Shown: piece after piece, positions 1 through 10,044 of the stretch | How positions within the stretch are numbered: position 1 is the stretch's first letter | Layout: each line of letters begins with the position of its first letter | NCBI GenBank assembly: GCA_965198225.1 | Contig: CBDAOY010000005.1 | Span: 544,001-608,000 of the forward strand | Direction: 5' to 3' | Length of the DNA stretch: 64,000 nucleotides | Source: Terriglobia bacterium | Lineage (GTDB): Bacteria; Acidobacteriota; Terriglobia; 20CM-2-55-15 | Made by a program: the position numbers and the translations under genes | Notes under the pieces: model-generated | What the model was told of the DNA's origin: nothing | Databases searched by the model: none | What the model saw: the letters and a program-made list of their open reading frames with translations, nothing else

Positions 1-384
1 GTTGCGGGTGGTCAGAGCGATCCCTGGTCCGAGTATCTGGAGAGACTCACGGGATGCGGCCGGAAATGGCTCGGTTCACTCTGGCGCGGAAGATTGCCAC
101 AGTGGCTCTAACGATTTGGAAGAAGGGAGAAACGTTCGATCCCAAGAAACTGAACGCGACACCATAGCCGTTTTCGAGTCCACTGCCGGCTAAACAGGCA
201 CGGCCGACAGAGCAGGAAAGGGTGCGGATCGAGGGTGAGGATCTGGCTAACTTGTCGTCCACGGACTCTGTCCAAAGGACACGTACTGTCTCTATCCCCC
301 CTTGCAGGACCGGAAACAGCGATAGCCCTCGAGGCTCAGATAGATCTATGGTGGGAGTGCGCCCCCAAAACTGGACAGATTTCG

Positions 385-1209
385 TCAAAGATTGAGAATA
401 GGCCGATCGGCGCGTTTCAAGTTCACGAGCTGCTCGAACTCGATCGGCGGACGATAGCCGATTGAGGAGTGCAGCCGCTTGCGATTGTAGACCTCCTCGA
501 TGAAGTATGGGACACGTTCGATCACGTCCTCGTAGGTCTCGTAGTTCCAGAGATGGATCTCCTCGTACTTCAACGTCTTGAAGAACGACTCCACGAAAGC
601 GTTGTCCCCGGGATTGCCCTTCGCCGACATGCTGATCTGGAAGCCGTGTGTTCGCAAGATGTCGATGTAGTCGTCGGAGGCATACTGCACGCCCCGATCT
701 GAATGATGGATGCAGCCCCGGGTGTCGAGACGCGCTGCGATGGCCATCTGTAACGCCTCGATGCAGAGCTGGCGGTCGATCCGTTTCGAGATCGCCCAAC
801 CGATGACCTTGCGAGAGTGGAGATCCAGGATGGCGGCCAGGAACACGAATCCGGTGCGTATCCGGATGTAAGTGATATCGGCTGCCCACGCTTGATTCAG
901 ACCGGTGACCGTGTGCCTCTTCAGCAGATTGGGGTAGATGCGGAACCGGTGATTGGAATCGGTCGTGTGGAGGAAACTCCGCCAGGTGATCGGCTTCAAC
1001 CCGTACCGCTTCATCACGCGCCGAAGCCGTTTCGTGTTGACGATCTCGCCCTGGCGTTCCAGTTCCCGATACACCCGGCGGTATCCGTAGCCGGGAAATT
1101 CGGCCTGGATCCGCTCGATGCGATCGCGCAGATCGGCGTCCTGTTGCGCTTTCAGTTTGGGATCGACCTTCGGCCTGTAGTAATACGTGCTACGTGCCAG
1201 GCCCGTCAT
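385..1209 (-). CDS. IS3 transposase OrfB (rve/DDE)
   Basis: WAADITYI, HHSDRGVQY, DNAFVESFFKTLKYE, YNRKRLHSSIGY motifs. Confidence 0.95.
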   Translation of the reverse strand: MTGLARSTYYYRPKVDPKLKAQQDADLRDRIERIQAEFPGYGYRRVYRELERQGEIVNTKRLRRVMKRYGLKPITWRSFLHTTDSNHRFRIYPNLLKRHTVTGLNQAWAADITYIRIRTGFVFLAAILDLHSRKVIGWAISKRIDRQLCIEALQMAIAARLDTRGCIHHSDRGVQYASDDYIDILRTHGFQISMSAKGNPGDNAFVESFFKTLKYEEIHLWNYETYEDVIERVPYFIEEVYNRKRLHSSIGYRPPIEFEQLVNLKRADRPILNL

Positions 1210-1556
1210 TTCGCACCCTTTCGATATCGATCCCAGTTTTTCCCAGTGATTACGGCAGTATCGACGTTTCGATTCCGCTTCATCCAGCTCTGCAGTTTTT
1301 TTTGATGATCGATCTGCATCACCAGATCCCCAACCTTCGCCTTCAGGCGTTCATTCTCGGCCTCCAACGCCCGTTCCCGGCTCGAAGGCCTATCCACCAG
1401 TTGATTCGCCTCGTACTGCGTCCGCCAACGCTGAATCACGCTGGGCGAGATCTGGTACTGCCGCGCTGCCGCGCTCAGCGTCATCTGGCCGGTTTCAATC
1501 TGCTCGACCAGGCGTCGCTTGAATTCCACTTCAAACTTCCGTCGGATCTTTCCCAT
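1206..1556 (-). CDS. IS3 transposase OrfA (HTH)
   Basis: MGKIRRKFEVEFKRRLVEQI HTH plus coiled coil; ATGA overlap with orfB. Confidence 0.9.
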   Translation of the reverse strand: MGKIRRKFEVEFKRRLVEQIETGQMTLSAAARQYQISPSVIQRWRTQYEANQLVDRPSSRERALEAENERLKAKVGDLVMQIDHQKKLQSWMKRNRNVDTAVITGKNWDRYRKGAK

Positions 1557-1942
1557 CGGTGTCGGACTCCCTGGCCCACTGCTGAAAAATCGGCGCGCGT
1601 CACGCGCTGTGGAAACGGTGGAAAAGCTCCGCACAATACGCTCCGCTTTCCCACCGTTCCCACAGCGCCGGCGGGGGGATAATATTCCCCCTTCCAGCAG
1701 CAGGACCGGCTAAGCCGATCACCTATTCTCTAATTCTTGGGAAAAATGTCCAATGAAGGGGCGCAGTCGGGGTCGTCCCTAACCTGCTGTTCAGTTTCCG
1801 AACTCCGTCACGGTGTTGCACGGCCTGTTCTTGAATCGTCGGAACGAGTAGCGGAATAATGGGCTGGCTGCCTCGACAAGGACCCGGCGTGGGGGCCGCA
1901 ACCCGTCGGGGAGCTGTTTCTCTTGACATCCCCATTCATAGA

Positions 1943-2051
1943 TCCGGACATCATCTTGCACCACAAGCTCTCCGTTTCGTTCCTGACCGAAGTGTATGTC
2001 TGAAACTTGGACAAGCCGGTAAAGTGCGTTGCCTTTCTTTGTTTGCGTCAT
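1943..2051 (-). pseudogene. Metallophosphoesterase N-terminal fragment
   Basis: LVQVSDIHFG (DxH motif I); similarity stops at the putative IS110 end. Confidence 0.6.
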
Positions 2052-2193
2052 GGTCGGGTACTATTGGCACTAGCCGTGGAACCTCGCCCCTCTGGAGAGA
2101 GGGGGCTTGCGCCGTGATCTTTTGTAGCAGCAACCCTCAATAAGCTTTCTTTCACAGCGAAATCCGCTCAACGACGTTGCGATTCACCGCTAT

Positions 2194-3078
2194 TCAGGTG
2201 GGAAGCCGCAAACGGCTGGGTGCGAGCCGGAAGTAAATCTCTCGAAGAGCCATTGTTTCCATAAGGCTTTCTTCTGAGCCGAAGAGCGAATATGCGTTCA
2301 AGTTGTGTGCGTCTAGCAATTTCAGAACTTTCAGTCGCTCCGTCGACGGAATCTTAATCTTCCACAAAACATCCTGCGCAAAGCTGCGAGGCGGATAATC
2401 ATCGCCAGCAAATACTTCCTCATGGGCAGCGAAATCCCAGCCAGAATTGCTGTCACAACTCAAACAGATCGTGTATTCGCATTGCTGAAGAAAGTGTCTC
2501 TTATGAGTCCGGATGTATGGTCCGAGGGAACTAATCACGGGACCGCTGCTCGAATGGGTCTTCACACCCATGGGACGTTCACAATATACGTAAATAGAAG
2601 CTATTTGCTCAGCTTCAACTGCGTGCCGGAAAGCGAAGAACGCAGCAACATATTGCGAACGAGTCCAATCGAGAAGCGGCGATGGAAAGCCATGGTGCCG
2701 CAAATACACCATGTACTCATAAGCCGGTAGTTGTGCGAAGCTAATAGGTTCGTATTCGCGCAAGGATTTCTTTACTGCTGGGTATTCCGGAATGTCCCAT
2801 TGCGTCCCGACAAAGGCCTCAATACTTGGTTTAACCCGAGTTATTAAGCGGTAGTATTCGTCTAGCGACATCACGTTTCCAGCGCTACGCTCAAGCGTTG
2901 TGGCGAGCGACCAAGCAGAGCTTTCTTGGCCGCGGAAAAAAAGTCGTGACGGATGCTGATCCGAGAGAGTTGACTGCTGTCGAAGCTTTCCAACTGCCCC
3001 TCGAATTCTTCCCAATTGCTCACCCTTTAGACATGATGAACTGTCGCCGGTTGTCCGTACAGAATGGCATTGTCCCAC
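2194..3078 (-). CDS. FRG domain protein (5' end uncertain, possible frameshift)
   Basis: LFFRGQ, LRHHGFPSPLLDWT, AAFFAF motifs; lower GC than flanks. Confidence 0.85.
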   Translation of the reverse strand: MGQCHSVRTTGDSSSCLKGEQLGRIRGAVGKLRQQSTLSDQHPSRLFFRGQESSAWSLATTLERSAGNVMSLDEYYRLITRVKPSIEAFVGTQWDIPEYPAVKKSLREYEPISFAQLPAYEYMVYLRHHGFPSPLLDWTRSQYVAAFFAFRHAVEAEQIASIYVYCERPMGVKTHSSSGPVISSLGPYIRTHKRHFLQQCEYTICLSCDSNSGWDFAAHEEVFAGDDYPPRSFAQDVLWKIKIPSTERLKVLKLLDAHNLNAYSLFGSEESLMETMALREIYFRLAPSRLRLPT

Positions 3079-3284
3079 TCAATGGGTCTAACCTGGGCGC
3101 GCAATGCGATGGCGTTTTTCCCGTCTTCCTATTTGCACCATTGCGCTCTCCCCGGGCGGTCACCGAAAAGCGGCTAACGAGGGGAAAGCAGGTCGGGACA
3201 CTGATAGCGACGGGAACCCTGCAACGCAACCCCATGACTGGAGCGGCTTTATGCGAGCGGTTGAGCAATGACCGGCCCCTTCCG

Positions 3285-3410
3285 ACGCGTCGATGAGACG
3301 CTCAGCGTCTCTCGGCTGCCCTGCCAGCACCACAAGCACATCAAGTCCACCCACATGCTCGAACGGCTCAATGAAGAGATCAAGCGTCGGGCCCACGCCG
3401 TACGGGTCCT
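3285..3410 (+). pseudogene. IS256-family transposase C-terminal fragment
   Basis: HHKHIKSTHMLERLNEEIKRR matches the IS256 STN-LERLN-EIKRR motif. Confidence 0.8.
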
Positions 3411-3503
3411 TCTGGTGGGACACTACTCCGATGACGCAAGAAACGCTAGACTGAGCTGGGCGGTTCCTGTATCCGCAATCCGATGTCCTAGCAAGGAGGA
3501 ACA

Positions 3504-3678
3504 ATGGCACTAGTAGGCAAGGGTTCTTTTATCGTTGGACTGGTGATCGCTACGGCCGCAGGCGTGGGCTTTGAACAAGCCTGGTTTGGCTGGGCACTCG
3601 CAGTGCTCGGTCTGATCGTTGGATTCTTGAATATCAGCGACAAGGAGAGTCAGCCCTTTCTCTCGGCGGCGATAGCGC
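3504..3678 (+). pseudogene. Small membrane protein, copy 1 (truncated)
   Basis: Near-identical to the first ~58 aa of the 11569 and 51308 copies; AAGGAGG RBS; fused to a methyltransferase fragment. Confidence 0.85.
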
Positions 3679-4990
3679 ACCTGGGAGCTCGGAATTCACT
3701 CCTACTTGGCCTATTTGCGCGACCGCTTGCTGTTAGCGCGGGAACTGCTGCATGAGAGCGGCAGCGGCTTTGTGCAGATCGGCGACGAAAACGTCCACCG
3801 CGCCGGCATGGTCATGGACGAAATCTTCGGCGCGGAAAACCGGATGGCGACGATTTCCTATGCGACGACCGGAGGCAGTTCTACATCGCACTTACCACAG
3901 ATAGCCGACTATCTGTGGTGGTATGCCAGGGACCGCAGGCGCATGAAATACCGGCAGTTGTATGAACCGCTCACGCGGGCGGAGGTGATCGAGTCCTTCA
4001 GCTGGCATGTGATGGTCGAACTGCCCGACGGTCAATGCCGCCAGCCGCAGCGCGACACGCAAAAAGCCCGTGTCACCGGTCCTTTTACGGTCGAGGCCGT
4101 GCCCGCGCCGGCGGTGAAGTCGCTCGACGCAATCGAGGAGGCGACCTCCCAGGCGGACGACGTTTCGGTCGCGCGCTCGGGCGAGACGCTCGCCAAGGCG
4201 ACTGGCGCGACGAGCTTCTCAAGACCGGCATTCGCGGCAAGGCCGGGCAGAGCATTTCGTTCGCCCGACTGGAGCCGTTGCCTGGAACCCGGTGGCTGCA
4301 CGCTGATGGTGAGATGCGCCCCGACGATACCGGTGCAGAGCGTCTAGTGATCTCCTTCGGCCCCGAACATGCGCCGTTGGAACAGCGGCAGGTGGCACTC
4401 GCCATCGAGGAGGCACAAAGCCTTGTCCCCATGCCAAAGATTATCGTCTTCACGGCGTTTCAGTTCGATATCGAGGCGTCAAAGGACATTGATGAGACCC
4501 GCTGGCCCGGCGTGACGCTTTTGAAGGCGCAGATGAACGCCGACTTGCTGACCGACGACCTCAAGAAGAAACACGCGAGTAACGAAAGCTTCTGGCTGAT
4601 CGGCCAGCCCGACGTGGCGGTGGAACGGCTCTCAGACGGCGGGGACCAGGGTAAGTTCCGCGTCTCGGTGCAGGGCTTCGACTACTACAACACCAAGACC
4701 GGCAACGTGGAATCGGGCGGCTCGGACAAGATCGCCATGTGGATGCTCGACACCGACTACGACGGGCGGAGCCTGTTTCCCCGCCAGGTGTTCTTCCCGA
4801 TGGCCGGCGACAAGCACGGCTGGGCGCAGCTCGCCCGGAATCTCAAGACCGAGATCGACACGGACCTGATCGAAACTTATCGCGGAACGGTCTCCCTGCC
4901 CTTCGAAGCCGGCTGACACAGCCGGGTGGCGGTCAAGATCATCGATGATCGGGGAATTGAGAGGCTGAAAAGTGTAGAGATAAAGGTGAT
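3679..4990 (+). pseudogene. Type III R-M DNA methyltransferase (Mod), fragmented
   Basis: [34 protein letters not shown], then jump to C-terminal [12 protein letters not shown]; frameshift near 4190; in-frame TGA at 4914 before VAVKIIDDRGIE. Confidence 0.85.
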
Positions 4991-5624
4991 GGCGCAACCG
5001 ACAAAAGCCAAGGCTATTGAACGCTTGCGGAAAGTACTGAATGAAGTATCTGAATTGAAGAGACTGCCGGATCACTCGTCAAACACTTCCAAGTCCCGAG
5101 TCAAGATACCGAAAAGTACGAACAAGGTCTTCGTTATCCATGTCAAAAACTTCCAAATCCCACGAAGATACCGAAAAGTACGAATCTTCGTTATCCATGG
5201 CCACGACGAATCTTCTCGGGAAACGGCTGCAAGATTCCTAGAAAGGCTGGGACTCGAGCCGGTAATCCTGCACGAACAACCGAATAAGGGCCGCACGATC
5301 ATCGAGAAGTTCGAAGAACATGCGCAAGTCGGGTTCGCGGTGGTCCTGCTGACCCCTGACGACGTAGGTGCGCTTGCGAACGACAAGAATAATCAAAAAC
5401 CACGGGCGAGACAGAACGTGATTTTCGAATTCGGGTACTTCATTGGCAAACTCGGTCGAGAGCGAGTCTGCGCTTTGGTGAAAGGCAACGTAGAGACGCC
5501 CTCGGACTATGATGGAGTCATTTACATTCAGTTGGACGGCTCGGATGGTTGGAAGCTAAGACTTATTAAGGAGCTAAAGAGTGTCGGCTTCAAGGTCGAC
5601 GCGAACCAAGTGTTCTCGCCATGA
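4989..5624 (+). CDS. TIR-like nucleotide-binding protein (CAP12/Pycsar-effector-like TIR)
   Basis: VFVIHGHD, GRTIIEKFE, FAVVLLTPDD, RARQNVIFEFGYFIGKLGR, PSDYDG motifs. Confidence 0.9.
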   Translation: MAQPTKAKAIERLRKVLNEVSELKRLPDHSSNTSKSRVKIPKSTNKVFVIHVKNFQIPRRYRKVRIFVIHGHDESSRETAARFLERLGLEPVILHEQPNKGRTIIEKFEEHAQVGFAVVLLTPDDVGALANDKNNQKPRARQNVIFEFGYFIGKLGRERVCALVKGNVETPSDYDGVIYIQLDGSDGWKLRLIKELKSVGFKVDANQVFSP

Positions 5625-5932
5625 GTGTACATATCGACACGCCGCGAGACGAGATCGCTGACTTTTGTAAACGCTGGCGGGTCGTCGAACTGTCGCTGTT
5701 CGGTTCCGTGCTACGGGACGACTTCGGACCGGAAAGCGATGTGGACGTGCTGATCCGCTTTCACCCGGAGGTCCAGCACCGTCTCCTGGACATGGCACGC
5801 ATGCGGCAAGAGCTGAGCCGGATGCTCGGCCGGGAGGTGGATTTGGTTGAGCGCACGGCTGTCGAAGGGAGCCGCAACTACATTCGCCGCAGGGCGATAC
5901 TCCAAACCGCCGTGGTGGTTTATGCGGCGTGA
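5621..5932 (+). CDS. MNT-family nucleotidyltransferase antitoxin
   Basis: LFGSVLRDDFGPESDVDVL (GS..DxD); overlaps the downstream HEPN gene. Confidence 0.93.
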   Translation: MSVHIDTPRDEIADFCKRWRVVELSLFGSVLRDDFGPESDVDVLIRFHPEVQHRLLDMARMRQELSRMLGREVDLVERTAVEGSRNYIRRRAILQTAVVVYAA

Positions 5933-6266
5933 CGATGCTGCCTATCTGCTCGACATACTGCTGTCGGCGCGGGATGCAACGGAATTCACGGCTGGGCTGA
6001 CGTACCCGCAATTCGAGAGGAGCCGCCTGCATCAGAACGCTATCCTCAAAGCCATTGAGATCATCGGCGAGGCTGCGGCGCGTATCAGCGAGGAAACCAA
6101 GCAGGCACATCCGAGGATTCCCTGGCTGGAAATCATCGGAATGCGAAACCGCCTCGTGCATGCCTATTTCGATGTGGACCTGAAGCGTGTGTGGGAGACC
6201 GCACAACAGGATATTCCCCGTCTCATCGACCGCATCGAACCTCTGGTACCGCCGGACAACGCATGA
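5922..6266 (+). CDS. HepT/DUF86 HEPN ribonuclease toxin
   Basis: IIGEAA, IPWLEIIGMRNRLVHAY (RxxxxH). Confidence 0.93.
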   Translation: MRRDDAAYLLDILLSARDATEFTAGLTYPQFERSRLHQNAILKAIEIIGEAAARISEETKQAHPRIPWLEIIGMRNRLVHAYFDVDLKRVWETAQQDIPRLIDRIEPLVPPDNA

Positions 6267-6535
6267 TGGAACAGGCAACTATTGACCGCCTGATCATCAA
6301 CTCGCCCTACGAGGAACCAGGCGAACACTGGAGCTATAACCGCGACCGGCGCACCTTCTCCCGCATGAAAGGCCGTCGCCCGGCCGGCTACGTCGTCGCA
6401 TCGGGCGACTCCAAGGCATTTGACGACCCCGGTATCTTTGTAGAAATCCCGCGGGTCAACCGAATCCGCCCGCGCGTTCAGGCGTGGCGTAAAGCCGGGT
6501 ATCCGGGCGTCACGGGAATCACAAAGCGGCTACAA
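6263..6535 (+). pseudogene. Type III restriction endonuclease (Res) N-terminal fragment
   Basis: IDRLIINSPYEEP..GRRPAGY..VNRIRPRV..WR..GYPGVTGITKRL, then truncated. Confidence 0.8.
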
Positions 6536-6820
6536 AGCTTTTGAATAGCGAGCCGCATCAATGCAGCTGCTCCTCTGGGTGACTCATCGAGGATGCTGCT
6601 CGCCTCATCGTAGTCTCGGCGTATATCGTCGGCGAGATCAGGATAAGCAGGTGGAGCCCCACCAGCTCGTGGATACTCCAGTCGGTCGTGAACCCAGATG
6701 GAGACCTTCTTGCAATTGAAGCATTGGGAAACGGATACGTTACAAAGGCCAAAATCAAAAGAACCGTTACCTTCGACAGGCCAGAGGAAGGGACTTCGCT
6801 TCGCCATCTGAATCCATGTC
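6530..6820 (-). pseudogene. DUF4145 (HEPN-like) protein fragment
   Basis: CFNCKKVSIW..DIRRDYDEASSILDESPRGAAALMRLAIQKL, truncated. Confidence 0.7.
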
Positions 6821-7167
6821 GTTATCCGGGCCTCCGATTCGACGTGCGCAATTCCCCGTTCCGCCGGGACCCGCGCCTCCGTGCCAACATCTGCCGCCGC
6901 GCCCTGCACCGCCGAGAGGAAGTCTAGGACCGTGGGCGGGGCCCAGATAGCCTACTGCCGTTTGATGACGACCAGGGTCACGCCGTCCGAGGGTGGGGCG
7001 AAGGACACGAGGCCTGCGTGCACTGCCACGAAGATTTCCCAGGCGGTTCCGTCCTTCGATTCCCTGACGACCGTTTCCAGGTGCTGGTGTGGAGGGAATG
7101 GGTTTGAGTTGCCCACTATATAGCGTACAGTTCATATGTACAGAACTTGATAGCGCGGGTGGTCAAA

Positions 7168-7407
7168 ATGAAGACAATCAGGGCGACTGAGTTCAAGGCT
7201 AGGTGTCTGCGCGTGATTGCACAATTGAACAAGGACCATGAACCAGTGACGATTACCAAGCGTGGCCGGCCGGTCGCGATATTATCGCCACTACCGTCGA
7301 ATAACGCGGTGGTGCCAATTATCGGAGCCATGCGGGGTTCGGTGCTAGCCTACGACGATCCCTTCCGCCCTGCGGCTGATCCATCCGACTGGGCCGCCGC
7401 CCGGTGA
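7168..7407 (+). CDS. Phd/YefM antitoxin
   Basis: MKTIRATEFKARCL..PVTITKRGRPVA. Confidence 0.92.
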   Translation: MKTIRATEFKARCLRVIAQLNKDHEPVTITKRGRPVAILSPLPSNNAVVPIIGAMRGSVLAYDDPFRPAADPSDWAAAR

Positions 7408-7817
7408 TCGTGCTCGACACACATGTATTGATCTGGGCCATGAATGACGACATACGGCTCGGAACCGCCGCGCGCGCGGCGATTGAAGAGACGGCGCAAA
7501 CGGACCGCATAGGGATTTCGGCCATCACGCCCTGGGAAATTGCCCTGCTGGCCGAGAGAGGCCGATTGCGTCTCGGGCGTGAGGTGGGAGTGTGGATCGA
7601 AGCCGCGCTTGCCTTGCCGGGTATCAATCTGGTACCGATCGGCCCGACGATAGCGATCGACAGTGTGAGGCTGCCTGGCAATTTCCATGCCGATCCTGCT
7701 GATCGCTTCATTGTCTCCACAGCCCGCCATTGCGATGCTTGGCTTGTCACCGCCGACCGCGCCATCCTTGCATACGCCGCCGGCGGACACGTCCGAACAA
7801 TCGATGCGGCAGATTAG
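7404..7817 (+). CDS. vapC: VapC PIN-domain toxin
   Basis: MIVLDTHVLIW, SAITPWEI, HADPADRFIV, LVTAD; GTGA overlap with the antitoxin. Confidence 0.93.
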   Translation: MIVLDTHVLIWAMNDDIRLGTAARAAIEETAQTDRIGISAITPWEIALLAERGRLRLGREVGVWIEAALALPGINLVPIGPTIAIDSVRLPGNFHADPADRFIVSTARHCDAWLVTADRAILAYAAGGHVRTIDAAD

Positions 7818-8156
7818 ATCTTCATGTGCGTTGGCCCATATTCTTATCCGTTAGACGGACAAAGCCAAAGGCCGGCGGCGGTATTTCACGCTGGCCGCTA
7901 ACGCTATTGTCGGGCTCTCAACGTACGGTCTGGCGCTCGGGCTGGTTGGCGATGTCCTGGTCCGCGACGACTCCATGCGCTGGTACGAGACCCCGGCGGC
8001 GCTGTTTCCTGTACGACCAGTTCTGGCGCATGGGCTGAAATCGCGGAATTTTCGACGTCTACGATACGCTGTACGGAGAGTGGAACATGGATTCCATTTT
8101 GTCGGTATTGGAACACTGGTACTAGGGACACCCCTCGATCCGGACATGATGCTCCG

Positions 8157-8756
8157 CTAAATCTCTTTCGACTTCCATTTCGCATCTAGTTCTTCATGGC
8201 CATCTGTCTCGTTGTTCCATGGGCCTTCGAGAATATCGATTTTCCAGTCCAAGGGGTGATTGATCCGGCGAACGCACCAGTCGAAGTAGCGGAATCGCTT
8301 CTTGAACCCGTCGAAATACTCGATGCGACCGACGATTCTTCCACGAGCCTTGTTAGGGCCTTCGCCGAACGTAACATCTCGCTCAACCCCATTGGTTCCT
8401 GGGAAGACATCAGTAGATACTTTGGAGGCCGTGGATCTCATTTTTTCGTCACTGACTCTGTAATCAATCCGCATGATCCTGCCGGGCCGCCCGCCATAGT
8501 TTTTGATTTTTAAGAACAGAACCTTGGATGTGCCAGCATCTTCGACGCGACAATCCTCGATATCGGGGCTGACGTAAGCCCTGTGAGCCAATACCAGATT
8601 TTCTTGGGCGGTGGCGGATTGCCCCCTGGTTTGTCTCAGAACAAAGTAGAAGACAACAAGATTGGCGATGAGAACTACAAGCCCAGCCAGTCCGATGGTA
8701 TCCGCATAACTCATTGGCGAAAATAATTGGCTGAGCCTGTATGCCAGGTTCTCCAT
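8157..8756 (-). CDS. Hypothetical membrane-anchored protein
   Basis: ~200 aa ORF with one N-terminal hydrophobic helix; lower GC. Confidence 0.6.
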   Translation of the reverse strand: MENLAYRLSQLFSPMSYADTIGLAGLVVLIANLVVFYFVLRQTRGQSATAQENLVLAHRAYVSPDIEDCRVEDAGTSKVLFLKIKNYGGRPGRIMRIDYRVSDEKMRSTASKVSTDVFPGTNGVERDVTFGEGPNKARGRIVGRIEYFDGFKKRFRYFDWCVRRINHPLDWKIDILEGPWNNETDGHEELDAKWKSKEI

Positions 8757-9439
8757 TGTTACCAGACCCCCCAGACCCGCCGGCACTCAACCAACACCAA
8801 CACCTGACCCGATACGAAACTCTGCACGGGAAGGAAGGAATATATTGCTATTTTTCGATCAGAAAACCAGCGTATCAACTGGCGCCGCCATAATACATAG
8901 CGGCACTGTGAAGTTAACCGGAATTCACTCTTTGTCGAGGCGAAATCAATGCTAGCCAGCACCAAGAATCAGCGACGTAGCTGGCATGTCACTCAGCGGA
9001 ATGTCCAGGAAATCAGTTCACTTGACAGTGCCCTAGCCGATACGAAATGCGATGTCGTCAGGATCCGGCCAATTCCAGCCTGCGTTGAACTCCGCCTCGG
9101 CGCGCCTTGCCGCACTGATAGGGTGCTTGCACCAGCACACGATGCTCATCAACGTGCTTCCCGGATAGTAGCAATGGCGGTAGTAGTTGCTGACGGTCGG
9201 CTCCCTCAACCGCGGAAGGGTTCGTGCAAGGCAGTGGAGTAGCTTGATCGCCACCAAGTTGGCGATTACCTTAGGCAGTTCGGCAATCCAATCATTCATA
9301 GTGATTCTCCCGTCGAGTAAAAGCATGGTGCGAGAGCCTGACACACTTGGTATCGCACCATGTGGTCAGGACAGGGGGGCAACGACCAAGATTTAAGGCT
9401 TCCCCGCGCTACTCCAGCGGCACTGTCCAAGCACTCGGT

Positions 9440-10029
9440 TCAGGTAGCGAGGACCTTCTGGCCCTGCGGCCCGACGTACCTGTAGAGCGTCACGGGTTTG
9501 ATCCCGAGTTGAGTGCAGAGTTCGGACGCGGAGGTGTCACGCTGCGCCATCGCGGCTTCGGCCAGCCGTACCTGAGCCTTCGACAGCGCGAACTTCCTGC
9601 CGCCCTTTGCGCCCGCGCGGCCTTTGAGCCCGGCCAGGGTGCGTTCACGGATCAGCTCCCGTTCGAACTCGGCCAGCGCCGCGAAGATGCCGAACGCGAG
9701 GCGGCCGGCCGCCGTGGTGGTGTCGATCGGAGCGCCTTGACCGGCGAGCACCAGCAGGCCCACGCCGCGGGCGGAGAGGTCCTGCACGGTGTTGACCCGA
9801 TGGGCGAGGCTGCGGCGAGACGGTCGAGTTCCCAGACCACGAGCACGGCGCCCTTCCTCAGGGCGCCGAAGCAGCTGTCGAGTCCCGGCCGGTCGTCGCG
9901 TAGGCCGGAAGCGAAGTCGCGGTAGAGGTTGGCCGCCTCGTCGATGCCCGCGGCCCGAAGGACGTCGAGCTGCCGGTCCATCGACTGGGAGCCAGCCGCT
10001 TTTGAGACCCGTGCATAGCCGATCAGCAT
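9440..10029 (-). pseudogene. Serine recombinase (resolvase), frameshifted
   Basis: MLIGYARVS..Q, LVVWELDRL, IDTTTAAGRLAFGIFAALAEFERELIRERT, HTH TLYRY spread over several frames. Confidence 0.9.
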
Positions 10030-10044
10030 GTATTGTAAACGTTA

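Larger units (their letters stand above)
355..1768 (-). mobile_element. IS3-family insertion sequence, copy 1 (apparently intact)
   Basis: Imperfect terminal IRs GAGTGCGCCCCCAAAACTGGACA (355) and TGTCCAATGAAGGGGCGCAGTC (ends 1768); encloses orfA and orfB. Confidence 0.9.
1..1942 (+). mobile_element. 3' part of an IS110-family (IS1111-type) element: transposase C-terminus (to stop at 167) plus downstream non-coding region, interrupted by IS3
   Basis: Frame 3 reads GMRPEMARFTLARKIATVALTIWKKGETFDPKKLNATP* (TAG 165-167), resembling the IS110 C-terminal ARK motif. Putative end CTTGACATCCCCATTCATAGA at 1922-1942 coincides with truncation of the neighbouring gene. Confidence 0.6.

Noticed and set aside
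7851-8160. Short ORFs here and at 9033-9344, 19088-19525, 22603-23049, 43237-43527
   Set aside because: No motif or start signal good enough to call; probably fragments.
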